A DNA stretch of 64,000 nucleotides from Candidatus Methanomethylophilaceae archaeon (GTDB taxonomy: Archaea > Thermoplasmatota > Thermoplasmata > Methanomassiliicoccales > Methanomethylophilaceae), in contig JBMNHS010000001.1 in assembly GCA_050950505.1 (NCBI GenBank), positions 128,001-192,000 of the forward strand, written 5' to 3'. Below are positions 1-8,742 of this stretch, piece after piece (the first letter of the stretch is position 1; each line of letters opens with the position of its first letter). A program made the position numbers and the translations under genes. A model generated the notes under the pieces. That model worked only from the letters and a program-made list of their open reading frames with translations, ran no database searches and was not told the DNA's origin.

Positions 1-148
1 GCTCGGCCAAATCCTCAAGATAAGATTTCGGATTCAAAACGGCCACGGCTTCACGGAACGTGAGACCGCAACGATCCTGCAACCTGTACACGCTCAGCGC
101 GAACTCTTCTTCGCTGGCGCCAAGATACCATTGTAAAACCATAATCAT
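1..148 (-). CDS. hypothetical protein, 5' part (runs off window start)
   Basis: Manual translation from ATG at 148 (or 142): MIMVLQWYLGASEEEFALSVYRLQDRCGLTFREAVAVLNPKSYLEDLAE, open to the edge, with an AT-rich promoter-like stretch upstream. Confidence 0.45.
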   Translation of the reverse strand, partial: MIMVLQWYLGASEEEFALSVYRLQDRCGLTFREAVAVLNPKSYLEDLAE

Positions 149-268
149 AACAAATATGTTATATTATTTATACTTTTTTGTATCTGCAAATTTCACGCAT
201 ACCGATACATCGGAAACACAGGAACACAGCCCGTGAATTGAATCTTTGAAATCCGTTGAACAGTCAGC

Positions 269-293
269 AAAAAATCGGAAAGGGGCTCCGATT
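269..293 (-). terminator. hairpin plus T-tract downstream of tRNA-Ala
   Basis: AATCGGA(273-279)/TCCGATT(287-293) inverted repeat followed by a T-run on the minus strand. Confidence 0.45.
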
Positions 294-304
294 GAGAAAA
301 TAAG

Positions 305-377
305 TGGACAGGGCGAGATTCGAACTCGCGACCTCTACAATGCCAATGTAGCGATCTTCCAACTGATCTACCTGCCC
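305..377 (-). tRNA. tRNA-Ala(GGC)
   Basis: GGGCAGG...CCTGTCCA cloverleaf, anticodon arm CTACA-TTGGCAT-TGTAG, G3:U70 Ala identity pair, GTTCGAATC T-loop; CCA not encoded. Confidence 0.95.
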
Positions 378-440
378 GGCAATTTGAGAAGATATAATAT
401 TTCTATTAAAGGTTTACCCAGAGGAAGGGTGTATCCGATG

Positions 441-1850
441 TCAATAATCCTCTTCGAGAGTGGATTGGTATCTTTGCACCTCACCCGGAATTATGGTAGG
501 ATACTTTCCGGTCAGACATGCGAGGCATAAATCCTTCTCCGGCAAATCGATGGCCTCGATCAGACCGGTGATGCTTATGTAAGCCAGACTGTCGGCGTTT
601 ATTATCCGTCTTATTTCTTCCACGGAATGATCTGCGCCGATAATCTGTTCTCTTGTCTTCATGTCCACCCCGTAATAACAGGGAGCGATAATCGGAGGGC
701 AACCCACCCGTACATGGACTTCTTTCGCGCCTGCGCCTCTGAGCATGCTTATGAGTTTCTTCAGCGTGGTCCCTCTGACAATGCTGTCGTCCACTATCAG
801 AATCCGCTTTCCTCTTACGGTGCTCTTGATGGGGTTCATCTTCGTGGACACGGCGACTTCTCTCTGTACCTGATCCGGGAGAATAAACGTCCGTTCGGCG
901 AAACGGTTTTTCATGAACCCTTCTTCGTAGGGAATTTTGGATTCGACGGAAAATCCGATTGCATGGGCCCTTCCCGAATCCGGGATGGGCATTATCAAAT
1001 CGACGTCGGCAAGACTTTCTCTTGCAAGAACCTCCCCGATCCGCCTCCTAACGTCATAAACTTCCCTTCCGTCGGATATCGAGTCCGGTCTTGCGAAGTA
1101 GACCCATTCGAACATGCAGTGTGCCTTCGGGGCGTTGAGATTGTAAGGGTAACTTTTCACTTCGTTATGGGTTATTTCCACAATCTCCCCGGGCATCACG
1201 TCTCTTACGAGATCTCCGTTCAGGGCGTCTATCGCCGCGGATTCGGACACAATCATGTAACCGTCTCTGATTTTGCCGATGCAGAGGGGTTTCATCCCTC
1301 TGGGATCCCGGATGCCGAAGAGTCTGTTTCCCATGAGAATGACCAATGAGAACGCTCCGTCCAGTTCCGCGCAGGTTGCTTTGATGGCCTTTACGGGATC
1401 TTCGAAATTAGCCGAATGTTTTCCCAGTATTTTCGTCACGAGTTCGCTGTCGGAATTTGTGAAGAAGGAAGAACCGGTGAAAAGGTATTTTTCCTTGAGT
1501 TGATCGAAATTCGTTATGTCGCCGTTATGGGCGATGGCCAAGGGGCCGTATCTCGTGGTGGACATCAGAGGTTCGGCGTAAGAACGGCTTACCCGTCCCG
1601 CATTGGGATAACGTACGTGTCCGATGCCGACTTTGCCGTGAAGTTTGCTCAGCATGTGTTTGGGCAACGCGGTCTGAACCAGACCGCTGTCCTTCACGGT
1701 GTCAATGGATCCTTCAGAATTAAAAACTGATATTCCAGCACTTTCCTGTCCTCTGTGCTGGATAATCATAAGAGATTTCTGAATGGCAGGCACGACATTG
1801 TTTTCGGCGCTCATACCGACGACGCCGCAACTGTGTTTCGGCCCGGCCAT
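441..1850 (-). CDS. purF: amidophosphoribosyltransferase
   Basis: Short propeptide then CG nucleophile, QHRGQESAGI, AHNG, VDDSIVRGTT PRPP motif, Fe-S Cys (CMFE, PCYYG, CLAC). Confidence 0.95.
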   Translation of the reverse strand: MAGPKHSCGVVGMSAENNVVPAIQKSLMIIQHRGQESAGISVFNSEGSIDTVKDSGLVQTALPKHMLSKLHGKVGIGHVRYPNAGRVSRSYAEPLMSTTRYGPLAIAHNGDITNFDQLKEKYLFTGSSFFTNSDSELVTKILGKHSANFEDPVKAIKATCAELDGAFSLVILMGNRLFGIRDPRGMKPLCIGKIRDGYMIVSESAAIDALNGDLVRDVMPGEIVEITHNEVKSYPYNLNAPKAHCMFEWVYFARPDSISDGREVYDVRRRIGEVLARESLADVDLIMPIPDSGRAHAIGFSVESKIPYEEGFMKNRFAERTFILPDQVQREVAVSTKMNPIKSTVRGKRILIVDDSIVRGTTLKKLISMLRGAGAKEVHVRVGCPPIIAPCYYGVDMKTREQIIGADHSVEEIRRIINADSLAYISITGLIEAIDLPEKDLCLACLTGKYPTIIPGEVQRYQSTLEEDY

Positions 1851-1858
1851 ACAACCAC

Positions 1859-2029
1859 TTATTCGCGGGCTTTAGCCCAATTGTAGTTCCTGAGTCTGGC
1901 GGTTTTGCCGTAACCGCAGGAAGAACAAGTTTTCTTCCTTATGTGGTACGAACTGTTACCGCACCTGCGGCAAGGGATGTGCACTTTCTTTGTGTTGGCC
2001 CTGCCCTGCGACGCTGTTCCTGCTCCCAT
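1859..2029 (-). CDS. rpl37e: 50S ribosomal protein eL37 (L37e), not in ORF track
   Basis: Manual translation [56 protein letters not shown]; Zn finger; conserved LSm-L37e-purF order. Confidence 0.95.
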   Translation of the reverse strand: MGAGTASQGRANTKKVHIPCRRCGNSSYHIRKKTCSSCGYGKTARLRNYNWAKARE

Positions 2030-2040
2030 TATATCACTCC

Positions 2041-2256
2041 TTATGGCGAAATGTAAATTATATTGTCTCCGCGCACCACTGCCATTTTGTGCTTGGCGAC
2101 AAGCTGACCTTCCAATAGTTCTTCGGCATTCTTGAGAACCACGTTCATAAACTGATCGTGTCCGTCAAGAACTCCTCTGAATTCCCTCTTGCCTCTCAGA
2201 ACTACGATAACATTGTTGTTTATCGACGTTTCCAGGACAGACAATGGTTTTTTCAT
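2041..2256 (-). CDS. Sm-like (LSm/SmAP) RNA-binding protein
   Basis: Sm1 motif [14 protein letters not shown] and Sm2 motif VVRGDNI; upstream of L37e. Confidence 0.93.
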   Translation of the reverse strand: MKKPLSVLETSINNNVIVVLRGKREFRGVLDGHDQFMNVVLKNAEELLEGQLVAKHKMAVVRGDNIIYISP

Positions 2257-2318
2257 TAAGGTCACCGAATCTCTCATGAGGGGTTTACTATTTTAAGGTT
2301 TGTTATGTGCGTGCGTGT

Positions 2319-3434
2319 TCATACAAACGAACCTATGGACGGAGCGTCCAAGCGGTCCATGTCATAGAAGATTATTGCTTCTTTGATTCCTTCGGCCCCC
2401 ATTCCAGTTCCCATGAAGTGGTCCAACATGGACGCCCTCCACAGCAGATCCAAAACCGAAACCGCCAACGTTCCGTAATATGCGTTGGACATGTGGTCTT
2501 CGTAACCGAACACGTCCATGTTGTTGAACACACTTCCCGCGAAGCTTTCCCTTCGGTTCAGCAGCGACACGTATTGGGCCAACACGTCCCGTCCCCCCTC
2601 TTCCAGGGGTTTCAGGGATATTTTGGAGGACGACGCGAAAGCTTTGTGATGAATCTCCCCCTCATCATCCATTACGGCCCATTCTATGCTGTCGCCGTCG
2701 GCCATGAAGATATTCCAGTTCCATTCCCCGTCGCAGTATATCGGCATGCTGAGAGGGTCCTCCGTGGACATGGAACCCATGGCCGCCGCCCGGGCGGCTT
2801 CATCGAGATTTTCGAAATCCGCTTTGGGATCCGGCTTCACGTCCAAAACGGAAACCGCTTCAAAATATTCGGATATGTCCAATACCCTGCTGAGCTGCGT
2901 CGGATCCGTAAATTTTGACAGGGACACGGCGACGGAACTTCTGATTTCCGTGAGGTCTCCCATAATGCCGGCCGCCGCGCAGTTATGATAAAATTCTTCA
3001 TAAATCGATTTGGAATCTTCCAGCACGGAACTTATTCTGGAACGTGCGTTTTCCACCAGTCCTTTGGCTTCTTTTTCCGCATCGGTATGCTTGCCGTCCC
3101 ATGCCCCCCTGCAGGAAAGATCCAGTTCCACGGATACTTTTTCTCCCACGTAAATGTAAAAAGGATATTGTCTGCAGAATGCCGGACGGTTTCTGTATAT
3201 GTCGCATTTCCGGTTGTTCAGAAATATGCAGGACCCTCTTCCTTTCTTGAGTGCCAGAGCCACGTGATCGTCGGGGTGTCTGGCCTTTACCAAGGCGTAA
3301 GGGTGATTTATCTCAAAAAATTCCATCTCCTCCGGAAGCACTTCGGGCTGACAGAGACAGCACATTCCGCATTCCGGATGGCAATCCACGAATTTGCCTT
3401 TGACTTCCGAATAATCCGCTTCAAAATCAGCCAA
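2319..3434 (-). CDS. YkgJ-family Cys-cluster (CxxCxxCC) protein with long C-terminal domain
   Basis: CHPECGMCC, CIFL, CDIYRNRPAFCRQYPF motifs. Confidence 0.8.
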   Translation of the reverse strand: MADFEADYSEVKGKFVDCHPECGMCCLCQPEVLPEEMEFFEINHPYALVKARHPDDHVALALKKGRGSCIFLNNRKCDIYRNRPAFCRQYPFYIYVGEKVSVELDLSCRGAWDGKHTDAEKEAKGLVENARSRISSVLEDSKSIYEEFYHNCAAAGIMGDLTEIRSSVAVSLSKFTDPTQLSRVLDISEYFEAVSVLDVKPDPKADFENLDEAARAAAMGSMSTEDPLSMPIYCDGEWNWNIFMADGDSIEWAVMDDEGEIHHKAFASSSKISLKPLEEGGRDVLAQYVSLLNRRESFAGSVFNNMDVFGYEDHMSNAYYGTLAVSVLDLLWRASMLDHFMGTGMGAEGIKEAIIFYDMDRLDAPSIGSFV

Positions 3435-4689
3435 TTATGTCCGCTCCCATAAGTTTTCCGCAGAATTTTCCGTCCCGCAGTTGCACGTTGCCTCTCAGTA
3501 TAACGGTTTCGGGGAACACCGCGTCAAACCCTTCGAAAGGTGTCTGTTCGGCTTTGCTGTGCAATTTTCTTCCTTCGATTTTTGTTTTTTTGTTAATATC
3601 GAAAACGGCGAAATCCCCGTCTTTTCCTATTTCGATCGATCCTTTGTTCATTCCGAAGATTCTTGCCGGAGCCGCAGAACACATGTCCACCGCACGGGCC
3701 AGGGGGAACCTGCCGTCACCGACCATCCCCATGAGAATCGGAAGCGTGGTTTCCACCCCCGGAATCCCGCAGGGTGCGTCATTGAACTCCCGGTTTTTCT
3801 CATCTGTTGTGTGAGGGGCGTGATCGCTTCCGAACATGATGCCCTTTCCCTTTTCGAAAGTTTTGAACAGGGCCTCCCTTTCGGATGCATCCCTCAGGGG
3901 AGGGTTCACTTTCATTTTTGTATCCGAACTTTCCTCCGAAGGGAGCAACAGATGATGCAACGTCACTTCGGTTGTGAATCCCAGAGACTCCGCAAGATTC
4001 AATCCTTCCGAGGTCGAGGTGTGGCAGATGTTGATTTTGTTGCCTTTGAATCCCTCCAGCCTGCGGATTGCGTTCAGCTCGGCCGATGTCGGCCGGTTGT
4101 TGCGATGGTCAGCGCAATTGTTTTCGTGTTCCTTGGAAATCATGTTGTCGTCTTCGGCATGAACACTCAGAACCTTTCCGGTTTTCATGACTTCGGATAT
4201 TTTTTCTTCTATGATTGCGTCATCGTTGACCAGTATGCTCCCGGTGGTCGAACCCATGTATAATTTGTATCCCGCAACCAAATCGGCCACTTCGGAAGGT
4301 TTCCCGTTTTCCGTGATTGCGGCCATGAGTCCGAAATCACAGTAAGAACGTCCTTTAAGACTTGCTTTTTTTGCAATTACGGAACTCCGGTCAACAGCAG
4401 GGGGTATGGTATTGGGCATGTCCAGCACACAGGTTATCCCTCCATGAATCGCAGATTCGGAACCCGATGTAAAATCTTCTTTGTGAGTGAGACCGGGATC
4501 TCTGAAATGAACGTGTGGGTCTATCCCTCCGGGAAGGATTATGCTGTCTTCGCCCACATCTATACGTTCTTTGCTCTTTCCCGCGGACGGGCCGATATAG
4601 GATATCTTTCCGTTTTTTATTCCGATTTCAACCTGTTTCAGTCCGCCGTTCACAAAGGCTTTTCCGCTTATTGTCAAATCCGGTGCCAT
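3427..4689 (-). CDS. pyrC: dihydroorotase
   Basis: DPHVHFRDPG, DMPNT, KVNPPLR, GSDHAPH, GIPGVET amidohydrolase motifs. Confidence 0.9.
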   Translation of the reverse strand: MAPDLTISGKAFVNGGLKQVEIGIKNGKISYIGPSAGKSKERIDVGEDSIILPGGIDPHVHFRDPGLTHKEDFTSGSESAIHGGITCVLDMPNTIPPAVDRSSVIAKKASLKGRSYCDFGLMAAITENGKPSEVADLVAGYKLYMGSTTGSILVNDDAIIEEKISEVMKTGKVLSVHAEDDNMISKEHENNCADHRNNRPTSAELNAIRRLEGFKGNKINICHTSTSEGLNLAESLGFTTEVTLHHLLLPSEESSDTKMKVNPPLRDASEREALFKTFEKGKGIMFGSDHAPHTTDEKNREFNDAPCGIPGVETTLPILMGMVGDGRFPLARAVDMCSAAPARIFGMNKGSIEIGKDGDFAVFDINKKTKIEGRKLHSKAEQTPFEGFDAVFPETVILRGNVQLRDGKFCGKLMGADIIG

Positions 4690-4695
4690 TCAACA

Positions 4696-5277
4696 TCACT
4701 TCTTGACTGTTTCGCCGCCGGGAGACGTCTCCGCGAATACCGTCCCGCCGAATCTTTCCATCGTCACCCTCTCTTTTCTCCATATGTCGGGCGACAATCC
4801 CGCTTTCATCGAGAGCTGTTCCAGATACTGAACCGGATTCCAGCTCCATTCCACGGGAACCTGAGGAAGCAAAAGCCCTCTGCGGCCCCGGTATGACATT
4901 ATCAATCCGTCCCGTCCGATTTCTATTTTGCCGATCAGGTCTTCCGAAGTGGAATAATCGATCTCTTCGGGGGGTGTGAGGACGGTTACTTCAAAAACGC
5001 ATTCTTTGGCTTCTTTTGAGGTCAGGGGAGGGAACCGGGGGTCGTGACATGCCGAACGTGCGGACTGCACAATGGCTTCTCCCAGAGTGAAAAACGGCTC
5101 GGGATACCCTATGCAACCCCTCAGATCGCCGGAGGGATATCGGTTTATCGTCACAAACGCCCCGGAAGGCTCTCCGAATTCATCTGGGATTGAGGGATCT
5201 TCATTTATTCCTTCGGTTTCTGCCTCGGCAGCCAATCTTGCGAGTTTGACCGCTTTGCGGCCGAAATCAGTGTTCAT
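4696..5277 (-). CDS. AMMECR1 domain protein (TIGR00296-like)
   Basis: GAFVT, LRGCIG, DPRFPPL, GRDGL, GLLLPQV motifs. Confidence 0.92.
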   Translation of the reverse strand: MNTDFGRKAVKLARLAAEAETEGINEDPSIPDEFGEPSGAFVTINRYPSGDLRGCIGYPEPFFTLGEAIVQSARSACHDPRFPPLTSKEAKECVFEVTVLTPPEEIDYSTSEDLIGKIEIGRDGLIMSYRGRRGLLLPQVPVEWSWNPVQYLEQLSMKAGLSPDIWRKERVTMERFGGTVFAETSPGGETVKK

Positions 5278-5308
5278 TTCACTCTTCGCTCTCTGCGACA
5301 GGAGATTT

Positions 5309-5758
5309 TCAGTCTCCGTTATCCTCGGGAGTCCTTATTTTTATGGATTTGGGTGTCGGACGTTGCTCCGCTTCGCGGTCATCGTCTTCCGGAGGGCGTC
5401 TTTCGTATTCGCGGCGATATTCGTACTCGTTGCGATAATCATCCTCATCCCTCATAAAAGGGGGACGAGGCATGGATCTTATCAACGAATTGATTCCCAT
5501 GACGAATTCGAAACCCGCGTTCATGAAGTGACCCTGTACCTTCGGATCCGTAAATGCGTCAAAAGTCTGTTTTGCGGAGCTTTTGGCTTCCTGTTTGGTT
5601 CTGTCGACGCGGTCGCGTACCTTGTCTTTGCCTTTATTGAAGGTTTCTTCGGCGGATTCCTTCTCCCTTCTAATGAGTTCTTCAAGAGTTTCGAGGTTAT
5701 CCCTGACGAATTTCTCAAGTTCTGACTCAATGTTACGTTTTTCTTCATCTCCTGTCAT
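5309..5758 (-). CDS. hypothetical coiled-coil/amphipathic protein (ArsA partner candidate)
   Basis: GGTGA SD overlaps the ArsA-family stop; alternative start 5770; charged helical N-terminus, amphipathic segment, C-terminal KSIKI. Confidence 0.75.
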   Translation of the reverse strand: MTGDEEKRNIESELEKFVRDNLETLEELIRREKESAEETFNKGKDKVRDRVDRTKQEAKSSAKQTFDAFTDPKVQGHFMNAGFEFVMGINSLIRSMPRPPFMRDEDDYRNEYEYRREYERRPPEDDDREAEQRPTPKSIKIRTPEDNGD

Positions 5759-5762
5759 GGTT

Positions 5763-6956
5763 TCACCCATCTAGATTAGCAACGTTCTTACGCTTTAATC
5801 TTACCGTTAATTCTTCGTCGACCAATTCCGCGTCCAATATATCCGCGTCCTTCAGAGTCAGGGGGAGGGTGACCGTTTTCTTGTGGCTTCCGATCTGTAT
5901 TATCAACACGTCATTCTCGCCTCTGAACATTTCGATGTCGTCTTTCTTGACAAATGGCATTTTGAGTATGAGTCTGTCCACGCCGCCTTCCGAATCGAAT
6001 CTCATCGGACTCTCGTTCGCATAAACTTCGGAAGGATCGGAATCTCCGAACAGCATATCGGCCAAAATATCCAGTTTTTCGGATCCTCTCAGTTCGGTGG
6101 GCATCTGCATGGCATTCAGAATCTTCAGCGGACTGAAAGCGTGGTCTATTTCCTTCAGATATTTTTCCTGCTCTTCCAGTCTGTCTTTGAAATAGCCCTG
6201 TTCCAACCCTTCTCTGGGGTATATTTTGTTGACGATCAGACACTCGACGGTTTTGTTGTAAAGACATGTGTATGTGTAGGTGCGCATGGTTTCGTTGATG
6301 ACCATGCGTTCGGGATTGAGGACCAACCGTATGGTCGTCATATCAGGATTTTCAAGAATGTCCTTGACTTTGATCATCTTGTCCCTTATTTCATCGATGC
6401 TGTTCATCACTTCTTTGCTTGGAAGAGGAAGATTGATGACTTTGGAAACAGTATATCTGGCCACCGACAACAGCTTCTTGAACATCGAATAGAATCTTTC
6501 GATGTACCAATTGGAAATGTCGGGGAAACTCAGCAACTGAAGTGTTTCTCCCGTGGGAGCCGTGTCCATGACTATTACGTCATAGTCGTCGTTTTCTTCG
6601 AACTGCAACACATAGAACAATGCCGCAATCATTTCCATTCCGGGAACGATTGCCATTTCTTCCGCGGTTATGTCGCCCAGGCCTTGGGAAGTCAGAAATG
6701 TGGTCACGTAATCGCTTATATCGGACCATCTCGTGCGCATTTCGTAAATGATGTCGATTTCCAACACATCGAGATTTTCACCTATGTTGAAGGGGTAATT
6801 GGGAAGATCCACATCCAGGGAATCGCCGAGAGAATGGGCGGAATCGGTGCTCATCAACATCGTTCTGTATCCAAGTTTCGCCAATCTTCGGGCGGTGGCC
6901 GCGGAAACCGATGTTTTTCCGACACCGCCTTTACCTGTATAGATTATGATCCTCAT
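5763..6956 (-). CDS. ArsA/Get3-family ATPase with C-terminal HSP20/alpha-crystallin-like domain
   Basis: GKGGVGKT P-loop, STDSAHSLGD switch I, DTAPTG switch II, NK motif; ~75 aa beta-rich C-terminal extension. Confidence 0.9.
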   Translation of the reverse strand: MRIIIYTGKGGVGKTSVSAATARRLAKLGYRTMLMSTDSAHSLGDSLDVDLPNYPFNIGENLDVLEIDIIYEMRTRWSDISDYVTTFLTSQGLGDITAEEMAIVPGMEMIAALFYVLQFEENDDYDVIVMDTAPTGETLQLLSFPDISNWYIERFYSMFKKLLSVARYTVSKVINLPLPSKEVMNSIDEIRDKMIKVKDILENPDMTTIRLVLNPERMVINETMRTYTYTCLYNKTVECLIVNKIYPREGLEQGYFKDRLEEQEKYLKEIDHAFSPLKILNAMQMPTELRGSEKLDILADMLFGDSDPSEVYANESPMRFDSEGGVDRLILKMPFVKKDDIEMFRGENDVLIIQIGSHKKTVTLPLTLKDADILDAELVDEELTVRLKRKNVANLDG

Positions 6957-7040
6957 AAACCGTCAGATAATCCGTGCCTTATAAAAGGTTATATAATTAC
7001 GGTTCGACGGCAAAGATGACCCAAAGAGCTCCGTCCGGCA

Positions 7041-7430
7041 TCAGCCGACCAGATGCACCGAGTGGCTTTGTCCCGATCCCACAGTAACTTTCTTGAAATC
7101 CAGTTTGGCTCCGTCATCCCCTCCGTAAGACACCAGTCTGATTTCCAGACTGTGATCTTTCTTCAGTTTGAAGGATTGGTATTCGTACGTTATTTCAAGG
7201 GAACCGTCAGGTTCCAGAACGGCACCTTCCAACGCGACGTCGTCGTTTATGTAAATCCATATTTTGGAATCTTCGTGCTCACTGTACGGAGTCACCTCTA
7301 TGGAAATCTCCGACGTGTTGTAGAATACGTTTTTGAGGGCGCTTCCTCCGTACACAAAGATTGCCGCGGAAGCGGATATTATCAGAACCGCCGCCAACGC
7401 GGCATACATTGTTTTTTTGGAAACGGACAT
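7041..7430 (-). CDS. hypothetical membrane-anchored protein
   Basis: N-terminal hydrophobic helix (YAALAAVLIISASAAIFVY) followed by a beta-rich soluble domain. Confidence 0.65.
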   Translation of the reverse strand: MSVSKKTMYAALAAVLIISASAAIFVYGGSALKNVFYNTSEISIEVTPYSEHEDSKIWIYINDDVALEGAVLEPDGSLEITYEYQSFKLKKDHSLEIRLVSYGGDDGAKLDFKKVTVGSGQSHSVHLVG

Positions 7431-7566
7431 GGGATTATCTCTCAAGGAACGGTGTTTGCCGGATGGGATGCAGCATACGTATGTTTTGACATCGCGGACT
7501 CCTGCGATATAAGCAGAACGGTATGAAGATAAATAGATTTAGAAGTTAAGGTCGGAGAAGAGGGGG

Positions 7567-7675
7567 TGGTGCCGAGACTGGGGTTCGAACCCAGGACCTT
7601 CGGATTTCCCTGGAAGAGGTCTGTAAGACCAGAACCCTATGAGTCCGACGCTCCACCAGGCTGAGCCATCTCGGC
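7567..7675 (-). tRNA. tRNA-Met(CAT), elongator type, with 32-nt intron (7606-7637) at 37/38
   Basis: GCCGAGA...TCTCGGC-ACCA acceptor, anticodon arm TCGGA-CT-CAT-A/[intron]/A-TCCGA, GGTTCGAAC T-loop; G1:C72 rules out initiator; tRNA-Ile2(CAT) not strictly excluded. Confidence 0.88.
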
Positions 7676-7719
7676 ATAATTGGTTTGTCCGATTATCGGA
7701 TTAGTGTATAAGTAGTTTT

Positions 7720-7746
7720 GCGGGGGCCCGGGCCACGGGCCACCGC
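7720..7746 (-). terminator. GC-rich hairpin just after rps3ae
   Basis: GCGG-GGGCCCG...CGGGCC-ACCGC imperfect inverted repeat next to the stop codon. Confidence 0.4.
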
Positions 7747-7747
7747 T

Positions 7748-8500
7748 TCATTCCGAATCTTCGTCCTCGGCTTCTTCTTCGGATTCCTCGGCAGGCTGCT
7801 CTTCTTCCGCTTCTTCGGCGGGTTCTTCGGCAACTTCTTCCTCGGTTTCCTCGTCATCCGTTTCGGGTTTTGCGGGAGCCTCAATTATGGATTCCGGCTC
7901 TTCCCCTCCGCGGGCCAGGACTTCGGTCTTGCGGATTTCAACCCTCTTGATGGGTATGACGACCCTGCAGGCCCTGGCGACGTTTCTTGCCAAGTCTCCG
8001 GAAATAACGTTCTTGACGAGATCCGCCATGGTCATTTCGGAGCTGAGTTCTTTCACGGTTTCGCCCATGATGCGCCTCATGGCTTCTTCCTGAGAAGACT
8101 GGATGCGCTTTTCGGCGATGCTCATGATTTTGACTCTCATTTCAAAGCCGTCTTTCGTTGTCACATCCACAACGTGATCGGTCTTTGTCTTCTTTCTGCG
8201 GGTAAGTCTCCTTACATAATCCACCGTAAGGTCGTGTCCCGTGAACACCGTCTTTGCGTCGTGTCCGTCAACTTCGTTGACTTTGAATTTCAGCTTGATG
8301 TGCATTTTTGAGAAATCTCCGGTAAGATCCTGAACGGTGACTTCCACGGTCCTTCCTATAAGGTTGGAGGGGTCAGCCGACGGGGTGTCGCCGATTTCGA
8401 TTTCGTTAAACATGCGGGGAGCACGTACCTTGTACCACTCCTTCGATTTCCATTTGTCCCTCACTTTACGGGAGGAACCGCCTTTTCTACCACCTGACAT
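7748..8500 (-). CDS. rps3ae: 30S ribosomal protein eS1 (S3Ae)
   Basis: RKVRDKWKSKEWY, GRTVEVT, DYVRRLTRR, VEIRKTEV; acidic C-terminal tail. Confidence 0.96.
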   Translation of the reverse strand: MSGGRKGGSSRKVRDKWKSKEWYKVRAPRMFNEIEIGDTPSADPSNLIGRTVEVTVQDLTGDFSKMHIKLKFKVNEVDGHDAKTVFTGHDLTVDYVRRLTRRKKTKTDHVVDVTTKDGFEMRVKIMSIAEKRIQSSQEEAMRRIMGETVKELSSEMTMADLVKNVISGDLARNVARACRVVIPIKRVEIRKTEVLARGGEEPESIIEAPAKPETDDEETEEEVAEEPAEEAEEEQPAEESEEEAEDEDSE

Positions 8501-8702
8501 TTGATATTACTCCCAATGGAATGTGATGTTGTGAGTGATTCGATATTCCTATTAAAAGCTATGTCAGAGTATTATTATCATGAACATAAAATAAATATCA
8601 TACCCAGTGTTTTTTTATTACCCTTATTGTAAGAATAATTTACAATTAGGTTGATACCGCTATTATATTAAGGTTGCCCATTTTTACGTTTTCGGAAAAG
8701 CC

Positions 8703-8732
8703 AAAAAATATAAGAAAGGGGCCGAAGCCCCT
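8703..8732 (-). terminator. intrinsic terminator of hdrCB
   Basis: Minus strand AGGGGC-TTCG-GCCCCT followed by TTCTTATATTTTTT. Confidence 0.75.
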
Positions 8733-8742
8733 GGAAAGGTTT

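Noticed and set aside
411-435. ORB-like sequence (CCCAGAGGAAGGGTG)
   Set aside because: Single weak match with no cdc6/orc1 and no repeated boxes.
246-530. 94-aa ORF
   Set aside because: Overlaps tRNA-Ala and the purF end on the opposite strand.
5763-6956. Arsenic resistance operon
   Set aside because: Single ATPase domain and no arsB, acr3, arsC, arsD or arsR nearby.
7443-7493. Short ORF MSKHTYAASHPANTVP upstream of the 7041-7430 gene
   Set aside because: Too short; a frameshifted N-terminus or uORF cannot be supported.
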